Assembly (NCBI RefSeq): GCF_055900595.2
Contig: NZ_CM148325.1
Length of the DNA stretch: 64,000 nucleotides
Reading direction: 5' to 3' (one strand)
Below the pieces are notes generated by a model that saw nothing but the letters and a program-made list of their open reading frames with translations, was not told the origin of the DNA and made no database searches. Below, piece after piece: positions 32,866-44,529 of this stretch. How positions within the stretch are numbered: position 1 is the stretch's first letter; each line of letters begins with the position of its first letter. Both the position numbers and the translations under genes were made by a program.

Positions 32866-34066
32866 ACTCGATATTTTACACGACTCTCTTTACCAATTCT
32901 GCCCCGAATTACACTTAAAACGACTCAACAGCTTAACGTTGGCTTGCCACGCCTTACTTGACTGTAAAACTCTCACTCTTACCGAACTTGGCCGTAACCT
33001 GCCAACCAAAGCGAGAACAAAACATAACATCAAACGAATCGACCGATTGTTAGGTAATCGTCACCTCCACAAAGAGCGACTCGCTGTATACCGTTGGCAT
33101 GCTAGCTTTATCTGTTCGGGCAATACGATGCCCATTGTACTTGTTGACTGGTCTGATATCCGTGAGCAAAAACGGCTTATGGTATTGCGAGCTTCAGTCG
33201 CACTACACGGTCGTTCTGTTACTCTTTATGAGAAAGCGTTCCCGCTTTCAGAGCAATGTTCAAAGAAAGCTCATGACCAATTTCTAGCCGACCTTGCGAG
33301 CATTCTACCGAGTAACACCACACCGCTCATTGTCAGTGATGCTGGCTTTAAAGTGCCATGGTATAAATCCGTTGAGAAGCTGGGTTGGTACTGGTTAAGT
33401 CGAGTAAGAGGAAAAGTACAATATGCAGACCTAGGAGCGGAAAACTGGAAACCTATCAGCAACTTACATGATATGTCATCTAGTCACTCAAAGACTTTAG
33501 GCTATAAGAGGCTGACTAAAAGCAATCCAATCTCATGCCAAATTCTATTGTATAAATCTCGCTCTAAAGGCCGAAAAAATCAGCGCTCGACACGGACTCA
33601 TTGTCACCACCCGTCACCTAAAATCTACTCAGCGTCGGCAAAGGAGCCATGGATTCTAGCAACTAACTTACCTGTTGAAATTCGAACACCCAAACAACTT
33701 GTTAATATCTATTCGAAGCGAATGCAGATTGAAGAAACCTTCCGAGACTTGAAAAGTCCTGCCTACGGACTAGGCCTACGCCATAGCCGAACGAGCAGCT
33801 CAGAGCGTTTTGATATCATGCTGCTAATCGCCCTGATGCTTCAACTAACATGTTGGCTTGCGGGCGTTCATGCTCAGAAACAAGGTTGGGACAAGCACTT
33901 CCAGGCTAACACAGTCAGAAATCGAAACGTACTCTCAACAGTTCGCTTAGGCATGGAAGTTTTGCGGCATTCTGGCTACACAATAACAAGGGAAGACTCA
34001 CTCGTGGCTGCAACCCTGCTTACTCAAAATCTATTCACACATGGTTACGTTTTGGGGAAATTATGA
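32858..34066 (+). CDS. IS10 transposase
   Basis: 402-aa [84 protein letters not shown]...; ATG at IS10 bp 108 as in canonical IS10. Confidence 0.95.
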   Translation: MCELDILHDSLYQFCPELHLKRLNSLTLACHALLDCKTLTLTELGRNLPTKARTKHNIKRIDRLLGNRHLHKERLAVYRWHASFICSGNTMPIVLVDWSDIREQKRLMVLRASVALHGRSVTLYEKAFPLSEQCSKKAHDQFLADLASILPSNTTPLIVSDAGFKVPWYKSVEKLGWYWLSRVRGKVQYADLGAENWKPISNLHDMSSSHSKTLGYKRLTKSNPISCQILLYKSRSKGRKNQRSTRTHCHHPSPKIYSASAKEPWILATNLPVEIRTPKQLVNIYSKRMQIEETFRDLKSPAYGLGLRHSRTSSSERFDIMLLIALMLQLTCWLAGVHAQKQGWDKHFQANTVRNRNVLSTVRLGMEVLRHSGYTITREDSLVAATLLTQNLFTHGYVLGKL

Positions 34067-34079
34067 GGGGATCTCTCAG

Positions 34080-34088
34080 TGCTCTGTT
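34080..34088. repeat. IS10 target-site duplication, right copy (TGCTCTGTT)
   Basis: Identical to 32742-32750; continues in frame into ompF codons [10 protein letters not shown]. Confidence 0.85.
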
Positions 34089-35160
34089 AGTAGCAGGTAC
34101 TGCAAACGCTGCAGAAATTTATAACAAAGATGGCAACAAAGTAGATCTGTACGGTAAAGCTGTCGGTCTGCATTATTTCTCCAAGGGTAACGGTGAAAAC
34201 AGTTACGGTGGCAATGGCGACATGACCTATGCCCGTCTTGGTTTTAAAGGGGAAACTCAAATCAATTCCGATCTGACCGGTTATGGTCAGTGGGAATATA
34301 ACTTCCAGGGTAACAACTCTGAAGGCGCTGACGCTCAAACTGGTAACAAAACCCGTCTGGCATTCGCGGGTCTTAAATACGCTGACGTTGGTTCTTTCGA
34401 TTACGGCCGTAACTACGGTGTGGTTTATGATGCACTGGGTTACACCGATATGCTGCCAGAATTTGGTGGTGACACGGCATACAGCGATGACTTCTTCGTT
34501 GGTCGTGTTGGCGGCGTTGCTACCTATCGTAACTCCAACTTCTTTGGTCTGGTTGATGGCCTGAACTTCGCTGTTCAGTACCTGGGTAAAAACGAGCGTG
34601 ACACTGCACGCCGCTCTAACGGCGACGGTGTTGGCGGTTCTATCAGCTACGAATACGAAGGCTTTGGTATCGTTGGTGCTTATGGCGCCGCTGACCGTAC
34701 CAACCTGCAAGAAGCTCAACCTCTTGGCAACGGTAAAAAAGCTGAACAGTGGGCTACTGGTCTGAAGTATGACGCGAACAACATCTACCTGGCAGCGAAC
34801 TACGGTGAAACCCGTAACGCTACGCCGATCACTAATAAATTTACAAACATCAGCGGCTTCGCCAACAAAACGCAAGATGTTCTGTTAGTTGCGCAATACC
34901 AGTTCGATTTCGGTCTGCGTCCGTCCATCGCTTACACCAAATCTAAAGCGAAAGACGTAGAAGGTATCGGTGATGTTGATCTGGTGAACTACTTTGAAGT
35001 GGGCGCAACCTACTACTTCAACAAAAACATGTCCACCTATGTTGACTACATCATCAACCAGATCGATTCTGACAACAAACTGGGCGTAGGTTCAGACGAC
35101 ACCGTTGCTGTGGGTATCGTTTACCAGTTCTAATAGCACACCTCTTTGTTAAATGCCGAA

Positions 35161-35188
35161 AAAACAGGACTTTGGTCCTGTTTTTTTT
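35161..35188 (+). terminator. Intrinsic terminator of ompF
   Basis: AAAACAGGACTTTGGTCCTGTTTTTTTT: stem CAGGAC/GTCCTG with T8 run. Confidence 0.7.
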
Positions 35189-35317
35189 ATGCCTTCCAGA
35201 GCAATCTCACGTCTTGCAAAAACAGCCTGCGTTTTCATCAGTAATAGTTGGAATTTTGTAAATCTCCCGTTACCCTGATAGCGGACTTCCCTTCTGTAAC
35301 CATAATGGAACCTCGTC

Positions 35318-36508
35318 ATGTTTGAGAACATTACCGCCGCTCCTGCCGACCCGATTCTGGGCCTGGCCGATCTGTTTCGTGCCGATGAACGTCCCGGCAA
35401 AATTAACCTCGGGATTGGTGTCTATAAAGATGAGACGGGCAAAACCCCGGTACTGACCAGCGTGAAAAAGGCTGAACAGTATCTGCTCGAAAATGAAACC
35501 ACCAAAAATTACCTCGGCATTGACGGCATCCCTGAATTTGGTCGCTGCACTCAGGAACTGCTGTTTGGTAAAGGTAGCGCCCTGATCAATGACAAACGTG
35601 CTCGCACGGCACAGACTCCGGGTGGCACTGGCGCACTACGCGTGGCTGCCGATTTCCTGGCAAAAAATACCAGCGTTAAGCGTGTGTGGGTGAGCAACCC
35701 AAGCTGGCCGAACCATAAGAGCGTCTTTAACTCTGCAGGTCTGGAAGTTCGTGAATACGCTTATTATGATGCGGAAAATCACACCCTTGACTTCGATGCA
35801 CTGATTAACAGCCTGAACGAAGCTCAGGCTGGCGACGTAGTGCTGTTCCATGGCTGCTGCCATAACCCAACCGGTATCGACCCTACGCTGGAACAATGGC
35901 AGACACTGGCACAACTTTCCGTTGAGAAAGGCTGGTTACCGCTGTTTGACTTCGCGTACCAGGGGTTTGCCCGTGGTCTGGAAGAAGATGCTGAAGGACT
36001 GCGCGCTTTCGCGGCTATGCATAAAGAGCTGATTGTTGCCAGTTCCTACTCTAAAAACTTTGGCCTGTACAACGAGCGTGTTGGCGCTTGTACTCTGGTT
36101 GCTGCTGACAGTGAGACCGTTGATCGCGCATTCAGCCAAATGAAAGCGGCGATTCGCGCTAACTACTCTAACCCACCAGCACACGGCGCTTCTGTTGTTG
36201 CCACCATCCTGAGCAACGATGCGTTACGTGCGATTTGGGAACAAGAGCTGACTGATATGCGCCAGCGTATTCAGCGTATGCGTCAGTTGTTCGTCAATAC
36301 GCTGCAGGAAAAAGGCGCAAACCGCGACTTCAGCTTTATCATCAAACAGAACGGCATGTTCTCCTTCAGTGGCCTGACAAAAGAACAAGTGCTGCGTCTG
36401 CGCGAAGAGTTTGGCGTGTATGCTGTTGCTTCTGGTCGCGTAAACGTGGCCGGGATGACACCAGATAATATGGCTCCGCTGTGCGAAGCGATTGTGGCAG
36501 TGCTGTAA
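35318..36508 (+). CDS. aspC: Aspartate aminotransferase
   Basis: 396-aa [57 protein letters not shown]...; PLP-lysine context [14 protein letters not shown]. Confidence 0.95.
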   Translation: MFENITAAPADPILGLADLFRADERPGKINLGIGVYKDETGKTPVLTSVKKAEQYLLENETTKNYLGIDGIPEFGRCTQELLFGKGSALINDKRARTAQTPGGTGALRVAADFLAKNTSVKRVWVSNPSWPNHKSVFNSAGLEVREYAYYDAENHTLDFDALINSLNEAQAGDVVLFHGCCHNPTGIDPTLEQWQTLAQLSVEKGWLPLFDFAYQGFARGLEEDAEGLRAFAAMHKELIVASSYSKNFGLYNERVGACTLVAADSETVDRAFSQMKAAIRANYSNPPAHGASVVATILSNDALRAIWEQELTDMRQRIQRMRQLFVNTLQEKGANRDFSFIIKQNGMFSFSGLTKEQVLRLREEFGVYAVASGRVNVAGMTPDNMAPLCEAIVAVL

Positions 36509-36523
36509 GCGTTAAAAACAATG

Positions 36524-36550
36524 AAGCCCGCTGAAAAGCGGGCTTTTTTA
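36524..36550. terminator. Bidirectional intrinsic terminator between aspC and ycbL
   Basis: AAGCCCGCTGAAAAGCGGGCTTTTTTA: stem GCCCGC/GCGGGC flanked by A and T runs. Confidence 0.7.
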
Positions 36551-36557
36551 TGCGCCT

Positions 36558-37205
36558 TTACCAGACGGGCATTTCGTCTTGCAGGAAGGGATTATGCAGG
36601 CGCTCATAACCAAGTGTGGATAATGGTCCGTGACCCGGAATAAATGTCACATCATCCCCCAGTGGCAGCAATTTATCTTTGATTGAAGAAATCAGTTGAT
36701 TATGATCGCCACGCGGGAAGTCACTGCGCCCTACTCCACCTTTGAAAATAACGTCGCCAGAAATCAGCAGCCTTGCCCGCTCATCAAAAAACACGACATG
36801 ACCCGGCGTATGCCCAGGGCAATGTAACACCTGTAAAGTCACATTCCCTATGCTGATGGTATCGCCTTCGTTCAGCCAACGATCTGGCGTCAGCGGCTGA
36901 CACTCTTCCAGACCAAACATACGACTTTGCGCAGGCAAGCCTTGCAGCCAGAACTCATCTTCTTTTTCCGGGCCAAAAACCGGCACGCCGTAATGTTGCG
37001 CCAGTTCCGCCGCTGCGCCAACGTGGTCCAGATGACCATGAGTCAGCAGGATCTGCATCAGTGTCAGGCCGCTGGCATCAACTTCCTGTTTGATTTTTTC
37101 CGCATCGCCGCCAGGATCGACCAGTGCGGCCAGACGGGTTTGTTCACACCAGATCAATGAACAGTTCTGGGAGAATGCGGTGACCGGAATAATACGATAG
37201 TTCAT
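36558..37205 (-). CDS. ycbL: Metallo-beta-lactamase-fold hydrolase YcbL (glyoxalase II-like)
   Basis: 215-aa [68 protein letters not shown]...; THxHxDH zinc motif. Confidence 0.9.
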   Translation of the reverse strand: MNYRIIPVTAFSQNCSLIWCEQTRLAALVDPGGDAEKIKQEVDASGLTLMQILLTHGHLDHVGAAAELAQHYGVPVFGPEKEDEFWLQGLPAQSRMFGLEECQPLTPDRWLNEGDTISIGNVTLQVLHCPGHTPGHVVFFDERARLLISGDVIFKGGVGRSDFPRGDHNQLISSIKDKLLPLGDDVTFIPGHGPLSTLGYERLHNPFLQDEMPVW

Positions 37206-37231
37206 ACTGCCCCTGTTTCGTTAAGCGATTA

Positions 37232-37780
37232 CTACCAGTGCCGTGCTGGCCCGGTATCAATATGCACAAAGTTACTACGTGGGTAATATCCTACACCACC
37301 TGCGCGCATAGATAACGCGGCTTTGCGAATATTGCTTAACGCGATACCTTCAATGTGGAAATCCATCGCCTGGCCTTTAGTGTGATAGCTTTTCTTCGCT
37401 ACTCCACGGCTGCGGGCGCGTAGTTCATTGTTGGTATCAATGGAACGATAACCGGAAATGAGTTGCACCGGTTTGCGGGTGCCTAACAACCCTTGCAGGC
37501 GATACAACTGGTCGAATAATCCTGGGTCGATGGACTTTATTTTGTTCGCGCGGTAATCGCGGAAAAAATGGTTAAGTTTTGCCAATTCTTCCTGAATATA
37601 GCCTCTGCCATCGAAAAACTCCGCTTTGATTGACTCTCCGGTATGAAGATTATTGAGTGTCAAAATGCGCGGGCGTGGGGTAGAGAGTGTTGCAAATGCC
37701 GGGGTCGGCAGGATGGCGGCACCGAGTGCAACGCCACCAAGCGCCAGCAGTTTGCGGCGATTAGCGTCGAATTTGTCCAT
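37232..37780 (-). CDS. mepK: Peptidoglycan L,D-endopeptidase MepK (YcbK), Tat-exported
   Basis: ATG 37780 MDKFDANRRKLLALGGVALGAAILPTPAFA... (Tat-like RRKLL signal), 182 aa. Confidence 0.9.
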   Translation of the reverse strand: MDKFDANRRKLLALGGVALGAAILPTPAFATLSTPRPRILTLNNLHTGESIKAEFFDGRGYIQEELAKLNHFFRDYRANKIKSIDPGLFDQLYRLQGLLGTRKPVQLISGYRSIDTNNELRARSRGVAKKSYHTKGQAMDFHIEGIALSNIRKAALSMRAGGVGYYPRSNFVHIDTGPARHW

Positions 37781-37960
37781 GATAATCAAGTCTACAGGTC
37801 AATGTTATCGTTTATATGCACTTCTGGCGCACAAGAGGCACCTTAACCGCCCGTAAAGCAGACGTCAAGATGACTCAACCCCAGCAGTGACGGGGGCTGC
37901 AGAGAAGCGCCCCCGATCATGCTAATTATTACGACAACTGATTTCCCCGAACTGCTTCAT

Positions 37961-39808
37961 TTACCTGATTAATTGTTCCGCTTTCGATACAATTTGCGAG
38001 CTGGATCGCGCAGGCAGATCATAATTGTAAATATCTGTACGATACTGGGTACGACCATCTGCACCAACAAAGGCCGTCAGATAGTAGAGATTCACCGGAA
38101 TCGACTGCCGAATATTGACGTAACGCGTATCGCCCTGCTTCAGCGCATCAGAAATACGTTTGTCATTCCAGCCTGCATCCTGCAACAGCATATTCGCCAG
38201 ATCGGAAGCTTTATTCACTCGTACACAGCCTGAGCTCAATGCGCGTGTATCACGCTTGAACAGATTGTGGTTCGGCGTGTCATGCAAATAAATGGCCTCT
38301 GAACTCGGCATATTGAATTTATAGCGCCCCAGCGAGTTCCGTGGGCCTGGAGCCTGCTGGAAGCGAAACGGTAAATTCGAGGCCGTGATTGTAGACCAGT
38401 CAACCTGCCATGGGTCAATCGCTTCTCTGCTGTTCCAGCCGCGCATCACCGTATAGCCATGGCTTTCGAGATATCCCGGATCGTTGCGCACTTTCGGCAG
38501 AATATCTTTGCGTGCCAGAGTTGGTGGTACGTTCCACGGCGGGTTTACCACTACGTTGTTAAGTGCACTGCTCATCATCGGCGTTTTGCGATCGGGGCGA
38601 CCGACAATGACTCGCGAATCCAGCACCTGATTGCCGTTCTGATAGTAGACCAGCGAATAGGCCGGAATGTTAACCATGATCCCGGTAGAAAGCTCTGTTG
38701 GCAGCAAGCGCAATCGCTGGATGTTGAGTGCCAACACGCCAGCACGCTGGGCGGGCGTTACGTTTAACCAGTCACGCGTTGCCGGGCCAATAGCGCCATC
38801 TGCTCCCAATCCTTGCCATGCCTGAAAACGTTTAACGGCTTCCACCAGTTCATTATCGTAGGCGGCACGAACGACAGGCGCAGGTTTACTACGAGACGTA
38901 GTTTGCTTGTCCATCGGCTTAGTTTCTGCTGTTTCAACAGTAACAGCGGATGGGCTGACTACCGCGTCAGTTGGCGTGTCATCGCCAGGTAGCGTAATTT
39001 TCGGCCCCCCATCCAACATGCCTGTGCGTTGCAATATTTCGCGCAACGCCGGTACGTCGTTACTCCACTGTCCTGGGCGCAACGTTGCTTTGCCGGTCAG
39101 TTGGGGCCACGGTTTGGTGTCACTGAGTAAGGCCAGTAAAGATTCATGCATCGCCGCATATTGCGGATGCTGCGGTGCCAGTCCTGCAACAAACGTCGGC
39201 AATTGACCTTTATCCAGCGCCAGCTGCCATTGGTTAATCACCGAGAGCGGCGGCGTGGAAAGCGCATAAGGTTTACTGCTGTATAGCCAGCGAGTGCCTT
39301 TGACTGGAATATTTGCGATGAAATGGAGATAGCCCATCATCGCATCAGAGAGCACCACATCGCGTGCCATCCCGTTAATACCAGGATCGGTCAGCAACTC
39401 TACCCATTTATTAAACTGCGGCTGGAAACCGGCAATCGCCACCTCTGCCAGCTGTTGCTGGAAGGCTTTAACAGCATCACGGTTTTCCCACATGGGTTGC
39501 ATATCGCGTGCGGCATACAACAATTGAAGCTGGTTAAGATAAACCGGCTTATAACCTGCGGGTAATTGAGATTCGATTTGCGTGCGGGCTTTTTCAGCCG
39601 CACCTTCAGGCAATGGCTGGATCCCCGCCATTATTGCCGTGGCTTGCGCCTGCGGCAGTGCCTCGCCCTGTTCACTGACAGCCACCGGGCTGTCGCCAGG
39701 GATTACTTCAGGCTCATCGGCCTGCGCATTGAACAGTGGAGCGAATGTTACGGCCAGGCACAAACTGATTGCCGACAGCCGACGACCACACATCATATTA
39801 AGCAACAT
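37961..39808 (-). CDS. ldtD: L,D-transpeptidase LdtD (YcbB)
   Basis: 615-aa [33 protein letters not shown]...; C-terminal YkuD domain with catalytic ...SSGCVRV... motif. Confidence 0.92.
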   Translation of the reverse strand: MLLNMMCGRRLSAISLCLAVTFAPLFNAQADEPEVIPGDSPVAVSEQGEALPQAQATAIMAGIQPLPEGAAEKARTQIESQLPAGYKPVYLNQLQLLYAARDMQPMWENRDAVKAFQQQLAEVAIAGFQPQFNKWVELLTDPGINGMARDVVLSDAMMGYLHFIANIPVKGTRWLYSSKPYALSTPPLSVINQWQLALDKGQLPTFVAGLAPQHPQYAAMHESLLALLSDTKPWPQLTGKATLRPGQWSNDVPALREILQRTGMLDGGPKITLPGDDTPTDAVVSPSAVTVETAETKPMDKQTTSRSKPAPVVRAAYDNELVEAVKRFQAWQGLGADGAIGPATRDWLNVTPAQRAGVLALNIQRLRLLPTELSTGIMVNIPAYSLVYYQNGNQVLDSRVIVGRPDRKTPMMSSALNNVVVNPPWNVPPTLARKDILPKVRNDPGYLESHGYTVMRGWNSREAIDPWQVDWSTITASNLPFRFQQAPGPRNSLGRYKFNMPSSEAIYLHDTPNHNLFKRDTRALSSGCVRVNKASDLANMLLQDAGWNDKRISDALKQGDTRYVNIRQSIPVNLYYLTAFVGADGRTQYRTDIYNYDLPARSSSQIVSKAEQLIR

Positions 39809-40019
39809 CCCTTGCCCCCTGTTTTTATCATACTTTGAATAGCCAGGCTGTTATTTTACGACTTGCCTGTACAACGCCAATACTCACGAAAGTATGACGA
39901 GCAAGCCTGTTACTCATCAGGCTTATCTTCAGTATATAAACGCCGATACGTTTTTACATAACCTAATGTAAAGAAGTTTAAAGAAAAGCGCGCCAGAATG
40001 TGGCACTTTTTTAGTGCAG

Positions 40020-40062
40020 AAACGGAGTTTTCAGAAACAGGAAAGGCGGCATCGCTGCCGCC
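40020..40062 (-). terminator. Probable intrinsic terminator of mukB / smtA-mukFEB operon
   Basis: Stem GGCGGC-atcgct-GCCGCC (40045-40062) followed on the minus strand by a T-rich tract. Confidence 0.5.
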
Positions 40063-40068
40063 TCAATC

Positions 40069-43000
40069 TTAACTCGCCTGGGAAGGCGCTTCGTCAGTTC
40101 CTGGAAGCGTTTCAGGGAGTTGCGGTGCAAAACCACGCAGACCGACTACGTGAACGTGTTCGGTATTCTGGAAGACTTTACGCACCAGTTTATAGGTGGT
40201 GCCTTTTTCCGGGCTGATATTTTCCGGCGCTGCGATGATGAGCTGCATTTGCAAACGCTCACACAATTCAAACAGCGTGGCGATGGAACGGGCGTCCAGT
40301 CGCGCTGCTTCATCGAGGAACAGCAGGCGGCAAGGAGAGATATCTTTACCGCGCAGGCGGCGAGATTCATCTTCCCAGCTTTGTACCACCATCACCAGAA
40401 TCGACATACCGGTACCAATCGCCTCACCGGTCGACAGTGCGCCAGACTCCGCGCGCAACCAACCATCGGAACCACGGTTAACCTCAACTTCCATTTCCAG
40501 ATAGTTGCGGTAATCCAGCAGTTCTTCACCGATAGTCTGCGGCGTGCGCTGCCCCATATCAATCTGCGGGTTAAGACGTTGATACAGTTTCGCCAGCGCT
40601 TCCGAGAAGGTCAGACGGTTGCTGTTAAACAGATCCTGATGTTGTTCGTGCTGTTCAGAGAGCACATCCAGCAGCATGGCGTGCGTTTCACGCACGTTCA
40701 CGTTGAGGCGCACGCTGTTCACCTGACCGAACGATACGTTCTGCAAGCCCTGGTTGAGCATACGGATACGGTTCTGCTCGCGCTGAATGGTTTTACGGAT
40801 GATGTTCGCCACGCTGCGGGAACTGATCGCCAGTTTCTGTTCGCGGGACGTTAACTCTTCAGTCAGACGGCTAAGTTCGATCTCCATCTGCTCGATAGCT
40901 TCAACCGGATCATCGGTACGAATAATATCCTGACGAATACGCTCGCGCAGATGCTGATAAACCGCCACGAAGAACTGAATTTTACGTTCCGGACGTTTTG
41001 GATCTTCCGACATACGCAGCACGTCGCGCAGATGTTCGTTATCCGCTACCGCGAGACGCAACGCACCCAACGCCTTATCCGACATGGAACGCAAATCATC
41101 AGCGGAGAGATAAGCCAGCTCACGACGGTGTAAGCGGCGCTCAACACCGTTATCTTTCACCATGCGCATCACTGCACACCAGCCCGCTTTCGCGGTCACT
41201 ACCTGCTCGCGCATCTCAAAGTAATCACGCTCCAGCTTGCGCAGTTTGCGGGTCAGGTTGTCCATCTCCGCTTCGCAGAAGGTAAGCGCTTTTTCCAGTT
41301 GGTTGCGGCGTGAACGGTTATTGCTCAGTTGCGCGTGCAACTCGTCACGGCGAATACGCGCCCGCTCTTCTGCCCCGCTATCAGCACGCACGCCGATATC
41401 CTGCAATTCACGTTGCAGATCGTTGAGTAGCTCTTTTTTGGTGTCGTAAGAACTTTTCAGCGAAGCCAGCACCTGGTTGTACTGACTCAACTGCGCTGCG
41501 TGTCCGCGCAACGCTTCACGAGCGCGGGTACGCTCCGCTTCCGCCTGTTCCAGACGTTCACGCAGTTTTTCGTTGAGATCGCTGTTACCGCTAAGCATTT
41601 CTGCCGAGTCAGAGTAGCTAAAGTGCGCACGACGCTGCACCACTTCCGTCAGGGCAAACGCCTGCTGACGGGCATCGCGCTGCATCTGCTGAGAGTACGC
41701 GTAATCTTCTTTTAACTGTTCGAACTGTTCCGGGTCGCTCTGCAATACCGAAACGATCGGTTCCAGTTTCGCCAGTTGATTGCCAAACTGCTGAACAAAA
41801 CGCGCGGCTTCCTGGGCTTCATCCAGACGTTCGCGGATTTCATCGACGCGATCCGCCAGGCTGTCATCAGCCAACAGGTTGAGACGCGGCAGAATGCGGT
41901 TCAGCGCCGTAACGCCCTCTTTCGCCTGCTCAAACTGAATACGCTGCTGCTGGTTATCATTTTCATGATTACTCAACGCCCGCTCCAGTTCGACGCGACG
42001 GCTGTTCAGTTGACGGATTTCTGCTTCCGGATCAGACTCAAACGCTACCGCCAGATGGCTACCAATAAAGCGGCTGAACGCCTGATGCAGACGCTGGGTT
42101 TTCTGTACATCAAAGGAGAGCGTGGCGAAGCGTTCGGAAAGCACTTCACGTTCCGCATGGAGGCTTTCAATACGGCTTTCACGCGCAGCACGACCAAACA
42201 GCGGCACTTCCGGGAAACGTGAATAACGCCACTGACGATCGGCGATTTTCACCACTACCGCTTTTTCCAGCTCATCAACGCTGAACACGCTATCATCGAA
42301 TGACTGCGGATCCCCTTCGATCAGATAGAGATCTTCCGGGCAATCGGTCAAGCCTTCCAGATGCTCGGTTACCTGTGACAGGTCCGGCACCACGATAGCG
42401 TGGCGTGACGGGCCGTACAACGCCGAGAAGTACGGCGCATCTTCCAGGCTAACGTCGTCATAAATTTCTGACAGCAGCACGCCGCCAAAACGCTCCGCCA
42501 GCGCATTCAGACGCTGATCTTCAGAGCCGCCAGGCTGGCTTAAACGTTCGATCTCTTCATCGACGGCGTTTTTGCGTGCGCCAACTTCGTCACGTTCAAC
42601 AATCGCTTCGCGCTCACGCTCAAGCAACTGTTGCAGATATTCGGTGACATCCTGGCTGGAGGTGAACTCTTCGCCGCACTGTTCGCTCAACTGGTTGAGA
42701 CTGTTTTGCGCTGCCAGCCAAACCGGCGCACGCTGCATCAAACTCTGAATGCGAGACTGCAGCTGTTCCTGCTCCTGGCGCAGTGCCATCCGCTCTTCTC
42801 GGGCGTTAGAGACGCTATCGGAAAGAGAGGCAATGCGTGCTTCCAGCTCCTGATGCAGAGCTTCCAGTTCATCAATATCAAAATTCTTGCCCTGACGTTT
42901 GCAGAAATCTGCCAGCAGACGCTCAGCTTCTTGCTGTTCACGCAGACGCTGTTCCAGTTCGCTTAAGCGCATCCGCAACGGCTGAACCTGCTCTGCCAGG

Positions 43001-44529
43001 TGACGCTGATCGACCCCTTCGCGCAATAGTTCGCGAGCGACATCCCACGCCTCGTTACGCGCCAGCGGGCCGTTGATTGCCACCACCAGCTGATAAGCCT
43101 GCTCAAACTGGCTGTGCGCGGTTTGCGCCATGCTCATTTTCTGCTCAAGAGAGAGCATTTTTTCGGTCGCTTCCAGCTCTTTCGCCTGGAAGGTTTCCAG
43201 CCATTCGGCAGCGCTGTCGGCGGTTAAGTCCGGCAGATGGCACAGTTCTTTGGCACGATTAAGCGCAGCAATCGCCTGGTTATACTGGATCGCGCGCGTT
43301 TGCTGGACGTCCAGCGCCTGCTGGTAGTCAGCAAGCTGGCTTTTCAGCTCGTCCACTTCCAGTTCGGCAGCTTCCGCACGAGCCTCGTTCTCTTCCTGGC
43401 GTTCGATGGCTTCTGCCACCACTTCGTTTTGCTCTTCCAGACGGATCTGCAGCTCATCGAGATCCGCTTCGTAGCGTTCGATCTTCTCCTGCTGACGTAG
43501 TGCGGTTTGCACCAGGTTCAGGTGATCGCTGGCCGCCTGATAATCCGCTTCCAGATCGCCTTCGGCACCGTTGTGCTCAGCCAGCTCTCGCGCCATGTCG
43601 ACGTGTTTGTACTGCTCAGCCGCCAGTTGCTGACGCGAAGTATGTAGCTCGCGACGAAACTCCAGGGCCTTATCGAGATGAACACGGCGCTCGTTGGCGT
43701 GACGCATGTAGTCCGCCGCCACGTAGTTAGTCGCTTCGCTGATCAGATGCTTGAACAAGTCACGGTCAGACTGGGTAACACGAATCGCTTCCAGCGTCAT
43801 ACGGTTTTCACGCAGCGCCGCTTCCATGTCCTGAAACGCTTTACGCACGCCGCTATTTTCTGGCAACAGGTAGTCGCGCAGAGAACGGGTGATGGCGCTG
43901 GAAATCCCGCCGTACAGCGAAGCTTCAATCAGACGATAGAATTTACTACGATCAGACGCTGAGCGCAGACGACGTGCGATGATGCCCAGATCGAACATCA
44001 GCGAGTGGTAATCGGTAATAGAGTTGAACTGCTTAAACTGCACGCCTTCCATCGCTTCGAGCTTGTCTTTCAGCTCGTTAAGCGGCAGTACACGCGCCTG
44101 ACGTTCATTCAGAGTTTCGGTCACCAGTTGTGTCGGCTGCACCGACATCGGCAAGCCCTGAATGGCAAATGGTTTGATATCAACTTTACGATCGCGCCCG
44201 GCAACCTGTTGCAGACGCACGCCGACCACCACGCGCTGATGGCGCGAGTTAATGGTGTCGAGCATCGAATAGCAGACACCCGCTTTCAGCTTACCGTGCA
44301 GACCTTTATCGCGCGAACCGCTGGTGGCCCCGGCTTCCGTGGTGTTACGGAAATGCAGCAGGGTCAGGTCGGGGATCAGCGCCGTAACGAACGCCGCCAT
44401 GGTAGTAGATTTACCCGCACCGTTACCACCGGAGAGCGTCGTAACCAGCTCATCGAGGTCAAAAGTTCGTGCAAAAAAGCCGTTCCAGTTAATCAGCGTC
44501 AGTGAGCGAAATTTACCGCGTTCAATCAT
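40069..44529 (-). CDS. mukB: Chromosome partition SMC-like protein MukB
   Basis: 1486-aa [50 protein letters not shown]...; long coiled coils; C-terminal ABC-type head. Confidence 0.95.
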   Translation of the reverse strand: MIERGKFRSLTLINWNGFFARTFDLDELVTTLSGGNGAGKSTTMAAFVTALIPDLTLLHFRNTTEAGATSGSRDKGLHGKLKAGVCYSMLDTINSRHQRVVVGVRLQQVAGRDRKVDIKPFAIQGLPMSVQPTQLVTETLNERQARVLPLNELKDKLEAMEGVQFKQFNSITDYHSLMFDLGIIARRLRSASDRSKFYRLIEASLYGGISSAITRSLRDYLLPENSGVRKAFQDMEAALRENRMTLEAIRVTQSDRDLFKHLISEATNYVAADYMRHANERRVHLDKALEFRRELHTSRQQLAAEQYKHVDMARELAEHNGAEGDLEADYQAASDHLNLVQTALRQQEKIERYEADLDELQIRLEEQNEVVAEAIERQEENEARAEAAELEVDELKSQLADYQQALDVQQTRAIQYNQAIAALNRAKELCHLPDLTADSAAEWLETFQAKELEATEKMLSLEQKMSMAQTAHSQFEQAYQLVVAINGPLARNEAWDVARELLREGVDQRHLAEQVQPLRMRLSELEQRLREQQEAERLLADFCKRQGKNFDIDELEALHQELEARIASLSDSVSNAREERMALRQEQEQLQSRIQSLMQRAPVWLAAQNSLNQLSEQCGEEFTSSQDVTEYLQQLLEREREAIVERDEVGARKNAVDEEIERLSQPGGSEDQRLNALAERFGGVLLSEIYDDVSLEDAPYFSALYGPSRHAIVVPDLSQVTEHLEGLTDCPEDLYLIEGDPQSFDDSVFSVDELEKAVVVKIADRQWRYSRFPEVPLFGRAARESRIESLHAEREVLSERFATLSFDVQKTQRLHQAFSRFIGSHLAVAFESDPEAEIRQLNSRRVELERALSNHENDNQQQRIQFEQAKEGVTALNRILPRLNLLADDSLADRVDEIRERLDEAQEAARFVQQFGNQLAKLEPIVSVLQSDPEQFEQLKEDYAYSQQMQRDARQQAFALTEVVQRRAHFSYSDSAEMLSGNSDLNEKLRERLEQAEAERTRAREALRGHAAQLSQYNQVLASLKSSYDTKKELLNDLQRELQDIGVRADSGAEERARIRRDELHAQLSNNRSRRNQLEKALTFCEAEMDNLTRKLRKLERDYFEMREQVVTAKAGWCAVMRMVKDNGVERRLHRRELAYLSADDLRSMSDKALGALRLAVADNEHLRDVLRMSEDPKRPERKIQFFVAVYQHLRERIRQDIIRTDDPVEAIEQMEIELSRLTEELTSREQKLAISSRSVANIIRKTIQREQNRIRMLNQGLQNVSFGQVNSVRLNVNVRETHAMLLDVLSEQHEQHQDLFNSNRLTFSEALAKLYQRLNPQIDMGQRTPQTIGEELLDYRNYLEMEVEVNRGSDGWLRAESGALSTGEAIGTGMSILVMVVQSWEDESRRLRGKDISPCRLLFLDEAARLDARSIATLFELCERLQMQLIIAAPENISPEKGTTYKLVRKVFQNTEHVHVVGLRGFAPQLPETLPGTDEAPSQAS

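Larger units (their letters stand above)
32751..34079 (+). mobile_element. Insertion sequence IS10 (IS4 family), complete 1,329-bp copy
   Basis: Outside end CTGATGAATCCCCTAATGATTTTGGTAAAAATCATTAAG at 32751 and inside end ...TTTTGGGGAAATTATGAGGGGATCTCTCAG at 34079 (imperfect terminal inverted repeat); 402-aa transposase ORF; length 1,329 bp; flanked by 9-bp TSD; Dam GATC sites at 32817-32820 and 34070-34073. Confidence 0.95.
32707..35133 (+). pseudogene. ompF: Outer membrane porin OmpF, interrupted by IS10 after codon 14 of the signal peptide
   Basis: 5' fragment ATGATGAAGCGCAATATTCTGGCAGTGATCGTCCCTGCTCTGTT (MMKRNILAVIVPAL) runs into the IS10 end with a TGA two codons later; 3' part from 34080 encodes ...[25 protein letters not shown]... 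through YQF and stop at 35133. Confidence 0.9.

Noticed and set aside
32751-34079. Possibility that the IS10 is one arm of a composite Tn10 carrying tetracycline resistance
   Set aside because: Both IS10 termini and the 9-bp duplication flank a single 1,329-bp unit; ompF resumes immediately after the inside end; no tetA/tetR or second IS10 copy is in the window.
34087-34875. 262-aa ORF on the minus strand
   Set aside because: Antisense to the ompF coding region; no RBS or start context; the OmpF frame explains the sequence.
40120-40854. 244-aa plus-strand ORF (and similar ones at 41776-42222, 44005-44505)
   Set aside because: Antisense within mukB; such open antisense frames are expected in a 4.5-kb GC-rich gene.
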